Assembly (NCBI GenBank): GCA_030704615.1
Contig: CM060734.1
Coordinates: 16,430,001-16,494,000 of the forward strand
Length of the DNA stretch: 64,000 nt
Direction: 5' to 3'
Origin: Takakia lepidozioides
Lineage: Eukaryota; Plantae; Bryophyta
The notes beneath the pieces were generated by a model. That model saw only the letters and a list, made by a program, of their open reading frames with translations, ran no database searches and was not told where the DNA came from. Positions 49,646 through 61,137 of this stretch are shown one piece after another (positions within the stretch are counted from its first letter, which is position 1; each line of letters starts with the position of its first letter). Made by a program: the position numbers and the translations under genes.

Positions 49646-50664
49646 TCTGGCCCTATTGTGATAACTAACTTGACATATAAGGACACCGTATTTTTCTCCA
49701 AGCAGTGTTCTAGCTGGTAATGGTTGTGTCAGTAGGTTAAGTCAATGTCATTGATGGTGAGGTCTTGATTGGGTGTGATAGGTGGACGATCCAAGATTGA
49801 CATTCCAATATACTAGTAGTAGGGCATTGACATGGGTGTGCAATGTACACGGTAGCAACTAGCAACCATGATGGGTAGTATATAGGTGTGTCAATGCAGA
49901 GCCCGACTATGCCCAAATATACTACTAGTGATAGGACTCTCCATCTCAATACCACCCCAACAATGCCTAATCAAACATCACATCTATTACATCAAATTTA
50001 TCTACTGTCACGATATATATCCACAACAAGCAAAACTCTCACAACAGGGAAAAATATGCTCCATTAATCCTAGCCCTTCAACAACATGGATGGAAAGTTG
50101 GACCCCGTAACACTCATCACTGCTAGTGTCTTTGGCAACATTCAGAGTAACTCTCTCATTAACAACCTTTTATTGCCCTACCCCTCAGTCACCTCTCGTC
50201 TAAAAATATACATGCCATTCGATCCTCGGTAAGAAGATGAAGTGGCTTTTGAGTTAGGCCGGCTATGGTTGGAATCATCTCTCTCTATCTTATAGGTACC
50301 AATATTTATGAGTGAAAACCATGGTTTTTAAGTCCTACATAAGGAGCTCATATAGAGGTGTTGTCTGATTATATGTAGTCCATATGGATGATACAGAGAG
50401 GACATTGGCTCAAACAGTGGGCCGTGTGTCTCATGCAAGGGGTTGGATGTGCAAAGTCGATACTTAGGTGACCGGTATAGTTGTGGCCAACAAATGTTTT
50501 TGCGCTGATTGCCCTTATATATATAGCATAGCGGAAGCGGAGGCCAAATCTGAGCGTCACTGAAGGCTGCTTTGGAGATCGAAAATGTATAGAAACTTTA
50601 CGGGCTAAGGTGCTTGATTACAATCACAAGAATAGTGACACCAAGTCTCAGACTCACCTAAATT

Positions 50665-52504
50665 TTGAACGACTCAGGCAAAATCGTTGATTCTTGTGAA
50701 GATTTGAGTAGTTTTTCTCTATTTTCATTGCTCTGGATTAATTGGAAAGGTTATTTTTCCTTGGCTTCTAATTCAAATCTGGTGAAGATCCTTGAAAGTG
50801 ACCAAACTGATCCTCTAATCTTCCTAACATACCTGGAAGCAAGAGCAAACCTGGACAGCCATGAGAAACAGGTGGAAACCAAGCTCAAAATCCAGGCGGG
50901 GATAAATTGGTGAAAAGATGTCAAAATATTTCTTTGACAAGGTCCAGGTTCATTTGGCAAGACAAGAAATCCCAGAGCTCAATGATGTCCATTCAGAGGG
51001 TCACACATTCTGACCCCAAAAATAATCACAGACATTGCACGGCGACACTTCTCCGAGCTTTTCAAACAAAGAGATCAGTCGATTCCCATTGACCAGGCCA
51101 TAGAAAAATGCATTCAATCTCACCTTGTTAAAATCAGCCCCCTGGAAGCAACGTCCTTGGATGGGATGTTTACTGCATTGGAACTGTTTAGGGCTTTGGA
51201 GTCCATGTCAAACCTCAAGGCCCCGGGGGAGGACAGAAATATGCCCGTAAAATTTTACAAGATGATGTGGCAGTATATCTCATCCGATTTTTGCAATATG
51301 GCCAATGCCATCAAGGCATCACAGGACATGCCCAAGGAAATGGCTCAGGGAGTCATTGTTCTTCTGTTCAAAAAGGGAGACAGGAAATCCATAGCCAACT
51401 ACAAGCCCATCACCCTCCTCAATGCCTCCTATAAAGTCATTGCAAAAACCTTGGCCTTGCACCTCCAACCGCTGCTACCCTCACTCATCAGACCTAGCCA
51501 AACAGGCTTTATCAAAGGCACATTCATCCTAGACAACATTCTGCTCCCTCATGAGACTCAATCGTTTGCAAAAGACTCTAACCTTGCAATTGCTATGCTA
51601 CTTCTTGATTTTGAGAAGGCCTTTGACAAGGTAGAATGGCCAGTCTTAATGCCTACTATGCGAAAGGTAGGTCTGTCCTCAGGCTTTTGCAACTGGGTCT
51701 CAATCCTTCTCAAGAATGCCACCAACAAAGTGCTTACAAATGGATTCTTATCCTCCCCATTCCAGCTACAGCGTTTGGTTCGCCATGGATGCCCATTTGC
51801 ACCCTTCCTCTTCTTGATTGTGGTTGACTCGTTGGGGCATTTGCTGGAAAGTAATGCAAACATCACACGCCTTACTATCCCGCACCAGCATCCCAATGAC
51901 TTCACATCAAATCCTCAATGTTTGTTGATGACACAGTTCTATATCTGAAGGCTACAAGCCCAGACAACCTGGCCCAAGCCATTTCTATCTTAAATGTCTT
52001 CTACTTGGCCTTTGGCTTCAATGTAAACTGGGACAAGACGGTGGCATTGCTGGTTGGGGACAGATCTGAATCTGAAATTGAGGACTCCCCTACCTGGGGC
52101 CAAGAACTAGGGCTTAAATGGCTTAAGGATGGCGAAAGTACCAAGCTCCTTGGTTTCCCCTTTGGTATTAACCTAACTGAGGATCAGCGAATAGGGCCCA
52201 TCATTGAAAAATTGAAACGCAAGCTCGTCTTCTGGGGTTCCAGGCACCTCACTCTCACAGGCAGAGGCCTGGTGGCCAATCAAATACTTATGGCCAGTAT
52301 TTGGTATTTTGCCTCTGTATAGAGTCCAAACCCATCCCACTTAAGAGAAATCAAGAGAATCATTCGCAACTTTGTCTGGGGAGCCAGCTCTAATTCTCAA
52401 TTCATCAGGATAGCGATCTCATGGGCCCAAATATGCCGCCCCCGAAAGCATAGGGGCCTCGGGATCCTGGATCCCTGCAGTCAGATAGACGCTCTGTTTG
52501 GAAA
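50665..52504 (+). pseudogene. L1/Tx1-type LINE ORF2 reverse transcriptase region, frameshifted
   Basis: KAPGED, NYKPITLLNASYKVIAK, QTGFIKG, LLDFEKAFDKV, VRHGCP, FVDD, NWDKT, GGLGILDP. Left boundary approximate. Confidence 0.92.
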
Positions 52505-52551
52505 GAGGGTAGCTACCGTGTGAGCAGCTCACGTGAGCACACTAATCGTGA

Positions 52552-53535
52552 GGTGCGGTGGTCTATCAAGGCTTTATCACACAAAGTCTGAAACTCCCCC
52601 AAAAACTCTCTCCCTTGGTCCGTGAGTACCTCAGCTGGAGCACCAAATCGGCTAAGCACACGATCCAAGAATGCATACGCAGCCCCCTCACTAGCCTTGT
52701 CAGGCAATGGAACCAACTCAATCCACTTGGAGAAGTGCTCCACCATCACCAATACATATCTGTGGTGGCGCATAGTCAGTGGCAACGGTCCTGCGAAGTC
52801 AAGACTCCACCTGTAGCCCAATCCCATGATTGGTAAATGATGCAACTGTGGTGTAAGGGTGTTGAATGAAGCACGCACCCTGTCACACACCATGCACCTA
52901 GCCACAAACTGTTGCACCTCTGTATGCATACCACGCCACCAATACTGCCCTTGCAGTAAACTGTGAGTGCGTCGCACTCCAAAATGCCCCAACTCCTCAT
53001 GGGCATGCCGCACTAACCGTGCACGCTGTGTGAGGTGAGGCACAATCCTCACCCGACCATCCTCCCATACTCAAAGCAGGTGTATCCCCTCCCACTTGAA
53101 CCTCTTGGCTCATTGTAGGATCCGATCCCTCTCCTTGGCAGTCACACTAGCTGCCATGTCTCCAGTGTGGAGGTAGTCCAACACAACCGAATCCTCATGT
53201 ATATCTCTGGCACCACCTGGCTCATCACTAGCCTCAGGGTCCTCAGACACTCCGTCTACAGTCATCCATGTTGTAGGTCCAACCTGACATCCCGATGCCA
53301 AGATACACAAAAAGGCAGATGCATGCCATCCCGGCACCATCTCCTCGTCCGTTTCACCATGCCACCGAGCTCCAGTGTCATCCTGCTGGCTCGTGCATGG
53401 ATTGCGATTCAATCCATCCGCATCCCTATTGACCAACCCCGGTTGATGCACAACCTGAACATGTCTCTCATGCTCCTCCACCGTAGCACGAGAGGCAAAG
53501 CAATACCTATAAGCCTCAGGAACCGCCGTATACAT
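52552..53535 (-). pseudogene. Residual RT/RH junction and integrase (HHCC plus core N-half)
   Basis: ATVEEHERHVQVVHQPGLVNRDADGL...HEELGHFG...CMVC...SLDFAGP...VLTDQGREF...IDHRT. Confidence 0.9.
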
Positions 53536-53645
53536 CGTCTCTCTCCTCTAGTGACAATAGGTCCAATGTCAGGCTCCCAATTGCCCTTCGTAACTGCAAC
53601 CTTAAGTCCAGCAGACTTAGAGGTAGAGGACGCGTCCCGTGGTTG

Positions 53646-56600
53646 CTATGCCGCAACCTCTTGAGCAATACTCCCTACCTGCTCAGTCAATGATAAGGCC
53701 TCATTCTGCCCCATCATCTCATCCTTGAGGACCTCCTCAACCCGAGAAGAATCCCCAACCTCATCCATCACAGCCGCCTTGGCTGCCAACTCCCTTTGAA
53801 CCTCGAGCACCTCCCACGTGTGCCATGGATGCCTGCACCCCGTGGTCCTCACATGCTCGCCCCCACTCACTACCTGTACCGTCTCGGTAGGTAGAGAGAC
53901 CATCGAGGGAAGTGTATTCCGCACTCTGCGTTGCTCAGCCATAGCCAAGCTGATAATCCAGGTCAAGCAATTGAGATCCATTGCTTGCCCCAACACTTAA
54001 CGACGTGATGCCTCAGAAAGAGACGACACTGCCGTGGTACCAGTGGTAAAACCCATTGCCCGCTCACGCTCGTCAGCATTAGGCTCCACTAATTGCTGCA
54101 ACTGAGCATCCCACAGGAGGCCAGGTCCACTATCCCGGAAAGCATGCGATCCTGGGAAGCTCAGCAGTGTAGGTAATGCTGCTCGTGGTTGACCCACCTT
54201 GTTGACCACTGCCAAAGGCAAACGGTCATCGTGTCTCACACGCTGAGACTGCCTCCATGTGTCCAGAATGCTATCCACTGTGAGATGTGCTGGCCGCTGT
54301 ACCCCATCAAATGCACGCTTGAGCAGTGCGGGTGGCATCAAGTTAATCCACCATAGTCGTGGACGATGAGCCCGTGACCCCACTGTAGCTGCATCTAGCA
54401 ACACTGCTGACCCAAGCCACGACCGGACTTGATGCACACTGGCCATCACCCTGGCCCGAGAATCGCCCATCAGTGGCACATTCTCCAAGATGTATGCTGG
54501 AGATACAGCTTGATGAAGATACAAGTGGCGCAAAACCTGCACCATCTCCCAAAATGGATCCGACCTCGAGTCTCGCAATCCATTGCCATGCCCAGCTGAT
54601 GAATGCCCTTGGCAGGGCCAACCTGCCACTACCAGATCAATAGAGCCAACCCGCTCCAAATCCTGCGCCCCCAGCAACGAAATGTCTACTGGCAAGGCCT
54701 GCTGATATCCACGAATTGCAGACACCGACAACAACTCAGGGTACCGCTGCACCAACTGAGCAACATGGGAAAGTGAAACGCGTCGTGCAGTCTCATCCCT
54801 CTCCACATACAGGTAATGCCGAACACGTACACCTGCCTGTAACACAGCAGCCAATCCGGTGTTGATCCCGCCAAACAAGTCCAGAAGACAAATGCCTTCA
54901 TCCGGATACTGCCACACAATAGGTGTGGTGTCCAATGGAGACAACTGAGGTGGTCCTGGTGCAATCCCTGCACTCTCCTCCTCTCCTGACGGTACAAAAG
55001 CCCCCACCCAGGCTTGTTGTACCCGTCGATCAGCATCCCGCTGCAAATCCTTGCTCGTGCCCCACAATGGAGTCTGAGCAACCATGGTAGGCAACTCCGC
55101 CATACCATACATGTCATCCTGCTCTCCCGGAGGTGGCACATCCTCTGAATGAGCGTTGCCCTCAAGCAACTCTATAGGCCAACTCATTGCCGCTGTGAAT
55201 GCTGCTAGTGTCGGCATCTTGCCTCGTTGGGCAACCGCAACTCCTCCTATGAACGTCACAGGGAGCTGCACACGCCGGCCCTCCCCTGACTGCCATGCAG
55301 GCCTATAGGAAGCTGACTCCTCCCAAAAATCCAGGGTGAAGCCCATGGGGTACAACACTGCCCCACCAACCAGGACATCGTATGAGACCGCGTCTGTCAC
55401 AATGGCCTTGGCTCGCATCACTGAGCCATCTGTAGGGTGATCCGGCCGTAGTCTGATAGCCAACTCATGCCGTGTCATTCCCCAAGCCTGCTCCGATCCT
55501 CCTAGAGACGTCCGTATCTGGAAAGGACAAGGCTCCATATCCGCCTCCGTGAGGCCCAAGCCTGCAATAGCAGCTCTGCCCAGCATCAATGGCTGAGCTC
55601 CCGAGTCCAACAAGGCCCGCAGTGGCTGGTACCTCTTGCCTGCCGGTCCACTCAAACAGAAAATGCCATCCTGGTTGTCTAACATGACAACTCCAGGTGT
55701 CACCATGGCGCGCTCAATGGCTGGCCTAGCTGGCAGCTCCATCAACCTGGCAGCTGCAGCTTGCCATGGCGCCGCCGTGGCAATCTTGACCCTCAAATCC
55801 GAGGATCCCTCCGGCACTACACCTCCCACTATCTCCGCAGAAGATGAAGTAACCTCCCCACTCTCACAGAGTGTAGCTGCCAGCCTGAACATCTCAGCTG
55901 GTCTTACCCCCGGCGTCGCAATCATGGTAGCCGAGAACAATGGAGTCTGGCACACAGATGTGGCCGCTCCTAGCAGCACACTAGCTGCCGTAGCCTTGGC
56001 AACACTAGGTAGTAGTGCTACCCGTGTAGCTCTCCCCAATGGCATAGTAACCTCCGCCTCGGTAATAGTCGGGCGAGAACTAGGTGCCATGGATGGCGTC
56101 GACACTGTCTCCGCCAATGTGAATGATTGAGGAAGCCTAGCCTGACGGCTTGCCTCCCCACGCTGTGGATCCAACTCCACCTCTGCACCTCGTGGCTCAG
56201 GAACTCGTCCTGCTCCTCGAGTCACGGCTGCAGCAGACTCCACCTGCACTAGTGGTAGTGCTGCTCCACACATGAATCCCATGCCTCCCATATCTCCTCC
56301 CTCAGGAGCAGGAGGTGGACCATCCGGCCTTAAAGCCGGTACCACCTGAGCTGTAGCCATGGCAGCGAGCCTCTGCTCTAGCTGCTGAAGCCGGTTGGCC
56401 ATGCGTTGGTCAACACCCTGACCTCCGCGTCCTTGGCCATGTTGAGCTTGCCCTTGGCCTGCACCTCGTGGCTGGCCACCTCGTCCTCTCTGGGCTGCTC
56501 CACCTCGCCCCCGGCCACCATTGTTCCCTTGGAACTGGCCTGGGCGTAACTCAGGATGCAAACCATAACACTGGGCCTCTCCATGCCCGTGCTTGCCACA

Positions 56601-56996
56601 ATGCCCACACTGCAACTGTGCAGGCTGTGCATGTGCCGGCCCTTTGCCTCCCTCTGGGCAATCCTTCTTGATATGGGGTCCTCCACATGTCCAGCACACC
56701 ACATCTGCCCGTTGTTGGCCAACAAATGAAGGGAGAGACCCCTGCATCTGAGGTCCTCTCTGCCCTTCCCTGAGCTTCACCTGAGCCCCTTTGTTGCCTT
56801 GAGCACGTTGAGGTAGTGGTTGGTTAGGAGCACCACTACCCCGTGCTGTCTCCTTAGCAAATCCCACCATGATCACTCGTTCCTCCACCATGTTGAGCTC
56901 TATCCGCTCTGCCAGCAAAAACACATTTGCTAAGGTGGGTTGGGCCGCTTGTAGGAGAGTTGCATCCCGCACCCTTCTCCTCAGCTCCTTGTCCAA
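53646..56996 (-). CDS. Gag C-terminus (2 CCHC knuckles) - aspartic protease - C5 cytosine DNA methyltransferase (DNMT3-like) fusion; one in-frame stop at 53997-53999
   Basis: Knuckles CWTCGGPHIKKDC and CGHCGKHGHGEAQC; protease LLDSGA. DNMT motifs: I LLDLFGGI, II VERD, IV LVVAGWPCQG, VI ILENV, VIII AHRPRLWWINL, IX ERERAMGF, X RR*VLGQAM. Confidence 0.93.
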
Positions 56997-57826
56997 TATC
57001 CCATATCAGAATTGGACTGCCTAAGGTCCGTAACCCCTTGGGTTACATTTATCAAGCGCCTCATGCAAGTGAAAGCCTCCATCAAGCTCTCGGTCGGCTT
57101 CCATTGGAACTCTTGCAAGCTTCGCAACTTCTCTGTCCTCACCCCTTGGTAGTTCCTCCTCAACTCTTTGAAGAACTCCACAACAGGGTTGAAGGCAGGC
57201 ACGGGTACTAGTGCCGGTGCGGTAGTGGCCTGGGTGGACGTCGTAGCTACTGTACCACCAGTCCCACTAGTCCCTCTGCTACTTTCTGAAGCTGCCGGTG
57301 CAGCGGCAGGTGTAGCCACTGCCCTTGTGGCTCTAGTGCCCCTAGTGATGGAGACATAGTCGGGTGACCGGTACATCCTCCACTCCTCGATCTCAACCTC
57401 ATGCCCTCGCCTGAACTCATGGTAATCATCCATAGGCGGCCCCTCAAGGTGCTGAAACAGCCCCTTCCATGCCATGAAAGGCGTTAATAGTTGTGGATTG
57501 CGCATTTGCTGCAAATCACACCAACTATCAAACTCTTGGATAAAATCATCCAACTCGATGGTGCCCACCGCCCCAGAGTACCTTCGTGGCCCCTTGGTAG
57601 CTCCATACATCTCCTCCATTGTGTCCCACAACAATGGCAAAGAAACAACTTGCACCGCCGATATGAATCCTCCTGATTCACAATCCAAATCAGAACCTTC
57701 CGTAGAAGACATAGGAGGTGAAGGTGGCCTAAACCGCACACCTCGTCTTGTGTACCCACTAGTATCGCTAGTGCTCGAACCGGCACTGTCCCCAACAACT
57801 AGTGGCACCTCCGTGTTGACACTCAA
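56981..57826 (-). CDS. Gag N-terminal region, frameshifted from the downstream gag-PR-DNMT ORF
   Basis: Capsid-like RRYSG..ELDDFIQEFDSWC...EKLRSLQEFQWKPTESLMEAF. The alternate frame AVQF*YGILDKELRR joins the 999-aa ORF near 57020. Confidence 0.75.
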   Translation of the reverse strand: MSVNTEVPLVVGDSAGSSTSDTSGYTRRGVRFRPPSPPMSSTEGSDLDCESGGFISAVQVVSLPLLWDTMEEMYGATKGPRRYSGAVGTIELDDFIQEFDSWCDLQQMRNPQLLTPFMAWKGLFQHLEGPPMDDYHEFRRGHEVEIEEWRMYRSPDYVSITRGTRATRAVATPAAAPAASESSRGTSGTGGTVATTSTQATTAPALVPVPAFNPVVEFFKELRRNYQGVRTEKLRSLQEFQWKPTESLMEAFTCMRRLINVTQGVTDLRQSNSDMGYWTRS

Positions 57827-58494
57827 CCGGTCATGAACATGTCCCTAACCCCCTCTCCACAAGGTAACCGGGTAGAGAACCTGTTGCGGCTTAGGGTTTG
57901 GAATACTAAGTTCCTAACATAGCCTACACTTGTACCTGCATCCACCGCAAACACTCTTATGGTTGGCTGGTCATCACCTCCAACCTCACCACAGGAGAAA
58001 CAATGATGGTCTGGCTGGTCATCACCCCAGCCTCACCATCGACAGCATGCTCTAGGACTGGCCGGTGATCAAATCCGGACCAATCACCTATAAAAACAAG
58101 CGCCCACACAAAACTAGCATGGCGCACAGTCAAGCCTGCAGGTATGGAGGGGATCCAAACACAAGAAATCAGAACGACAACTCCCCCACACCAAAAACAA
58201 CTCCACGGTGTTGCTCCTGCAAGGACACCCCAGCCCAAACCCGGACTGACTCTTGCCTCCACCTACGGAAAGGTCTTGGCCTAATGAGAAGGTGAAACTA
58301 TGAGGAAGAGAAGCTAAAGCAATGCCTAACCCCAGCATGCCCTCATCCCAACACTCTTCCTCTCCTCTCTTCCCTCACTTGCATGACCATGGGAATATCA
58401 TGAAGATACTCCTCAAACCGCCCTCCACGAGCTTCAAAATTCGGCCTTCGAGACCACATACCAATCCTTAGGCAGTCCACCAGTGCCTCCACAA

Positions 58495-59575
58495 GTCAGC
58501 ACAGGCCCACACAGCTCACAGGCCACAGCCTGTCACAGCCCTACACAGGTCACAGGGTCACAGCCCCACAGGCCGCAGCCTGTCACAACCCTACAAAGGT
58601 CACAGGGTCATAGCCCCAAAGGCCACAGCCTATCACAGCCCCTCATAGCCCCATAGGCCACAGGGCACAGCCTGTCACAGCCCGACACAGGTCACAGGGG
58701 TCACAGCCCCAAAGGCCACAGCCCGTCACAACCCCACAGGCCACTAGGCACAGCCTGTCACAGACCGTCACAGCCCCACAGGCCACAGGCCATAGCCTGT
58801 CACAGCCCCTCATAGCCCGTCACAGCCCCACAGGCCATAGGGCACAGCCTGTCAAGCCCCTCACAGCCCCTCACAGCCCCACAGGCCACTGGGCACAGCC
58901 TGTCACAGCCCCTCATAGCCCGTCACAGCTCGCCACAGCCTGTCACAGCCCATCACAGCCCCACAGGCCACAGGGCACAGCCTGTCACAGCCCGCCACAG
59001 CCCCACAGACCACAGCCTGTCATAGCCCCGCACAGCCCATCACAGCCCCACAGGCCACTGGGCACAGCCTGTCACAGCCCCTCACAGTTCGTCACAGCTC
59101 GCCATAGCCTGTCACAGCCCGTCACAGCCCCACAGGCCACAGGGCATAGCCTGTCACAGCCCCTTATAGCCCGTCACAGCCCCACAGGCCACGGGGCACA
59201 GCCTGTCAAGCCCCTCACAGCCCCACAGGCCACTAGGCACAGCCTATCACAGCCCCTCACAGCCCGTCACAGCTCGCCACAACCTGTCACAGCCCGTCAC
59301 AGCCCCACAGTCCACAGGGCATAGCCTGTCACAGCCCCTTATAGCCCATCACAGCCCCAAAGGCCAGGGGCGCAGCCCATCACAGCCCGTCACAGCCTCG
59401 AAGGCCACTGGCGCAGCCCGTGACAGCCCCAAAAGGCCACCGGCACAGCCCCTCACAGCCCATCACAGCCCCAAGGCCACCGGCGCAGCCCGTCACAGGC
59501 CCTCACAACCCGTCACAGCCCCGAAGGCCACCGGCACAGCCCCCAAGGCCACAGGGACAGCCCGTCACAGCCCCA
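58495..59575. repeat. CACAGCCC/GTCACAGCC minisatellite (~1.1 kb) in the element's 5' UTR
   Basis: Dozens of 10-11-bp CACAG-core units with higher-order structure. Confidence 0.92.
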
Positions 59576-61125
59576 TCCATGGCCGCTCTGGCAGTTTAGC
59601 CATTTCTCCAAGGGGTTTAGCCACGCCAAGCTAGGGTTTGTGTCTCTTGGACTCTAGGCTTCTTTCCACCGAGCTATGGCGGCTGTGAGGAAATCAGCAA
59701 GGTATTCTTGCTCTTTCGGCTCCCACACACCACCATAGTAGCCCTAAGCCATGAGGTGGTTGCCACAAACCAAGCCTTCTTTCTCACTTAGCCTCCCCAA
59801 ACACGCCACTAAACTCAATGGCAAACAACCAAGCCCTGCTGGTTCCCAGCCCTTGTGAGCACTCATTCAAGCACTCTCCTTGGCCATAGCATCTATCTTA
59901 GAGCCTATTCCATCCCCCTACACCTACTGCTTCAAGAGTTGCGCTCCCTTCAAGCTTGAAGTTGAAACCCCAACTCACATAGGCCCTACAAGTGCTTTTC
60001 TTTCACTCCAAGTGGAAACCAGCCCTAGACCTTCCATTCTAGCTCTCTAAAGCTTGAAAACAAGAGCCTCAATGGGCTGAAGGCATGCTCCACACATGCC
60101 CCACTCTCACCATAAGAGAATCAGCTCCTTTGCTTCATTTCTTGCACCCACAAACCTGAAAATACAAGCTTTAGCAGAGCATGCTCCACATGCCCTACAG
60201 GGAAACCAGCCCCTTCCTTCCTTTCTTGCACTCCCACACCTGAAAGTGCAAGCCTTCACCAGGCTAATAGCATGCTCCACACATACATTGCCCTCACATA
60301 AGGGAAGTCAGCCCTTCCCTCTTCCTTGCTTGCCCTCCAAGCTTGAAGATGGAAGCTTCAATGAGCTGAATACATGCTCCACACATGCAACCTCTTCACA
60401 CAAGAGATATCAGCCCCCTATCTTGGCTCCTTGGCTCCTTGATGCTCTCTAAGACAAGACTAAGCACTCCATAGCCCTTGCCAAGCTCCTGAAACCCTAA
60501 GGCTTACATTTCCAGCCACAAGACACTCCTCTTGTGGTGCAAGAACTTTTCTTCCAAGCTCTGAAACCCTAGGTGCACATTCCATGGCCTTGCCATACCT
60601 CTTAGCTCCTGTTCCAGCCTCGCTCTTGCCATGGCAAGAGCCCTCATACCGCTGGAGTTTCAGATTGAAACCCCCAACTCAACATAGCCACAGATGCATT
60701 GGCTTGCATACAAGAGAAATCAGCCATCTCTCTTCACTCATACCTCCTTATGAGCTTGAAGTTGGAGCTCCCGATAACTGTGACTTACATCTAACACCCT
60801 CGCAGCTCCACATTGCTGCAGCTCCTTAACTTGGCCTGCAGCTGAAGAAGACGACCACCAGTTCACCCACTCGAGACCAGCATCTCCCCCGCTTCGCACT
60901 AGAAGCCCAAACTTGGTTGCCATAGCATTGAGCTATGCAACGCCGCTCTTCAACATAGGCTACCCGCCTCTCTATCCATTGCAAACCTGCAACCTATTCG
61001 CCTTTGCACTCTATCCACTTTGGATAGGCTCATGCACGGATCCCTGCACTCTAGGCTGAACCGCTTCTCATGAAAACACAAGTGCTACAAAACAACTCGA
61101 ACCTGGCACTCACAGACTCGAGCTG

Positions 61126-61137
61126 ATCTTTCTCGAG
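61126..61137 (-). promoter_or_regulatory. Candidate self-priming primer-binding site CTCGAGAAAGAT
   Basis: Directly follows the ...TTATCA end of repeat X. Complementary to ATCTTTCTCGAG inside X. It does not start with TGG as a tRNA PBS would. Confidence 0.6.

Noticed and set aside
53997-54895. Host DRM/DNMT3 gene or bacterial contamination
   Set aside because: Intronless and in frame with Gag and protease, upstream of integrase. The motif order is not DRM-permuted, and it is embedded among plant transposons.
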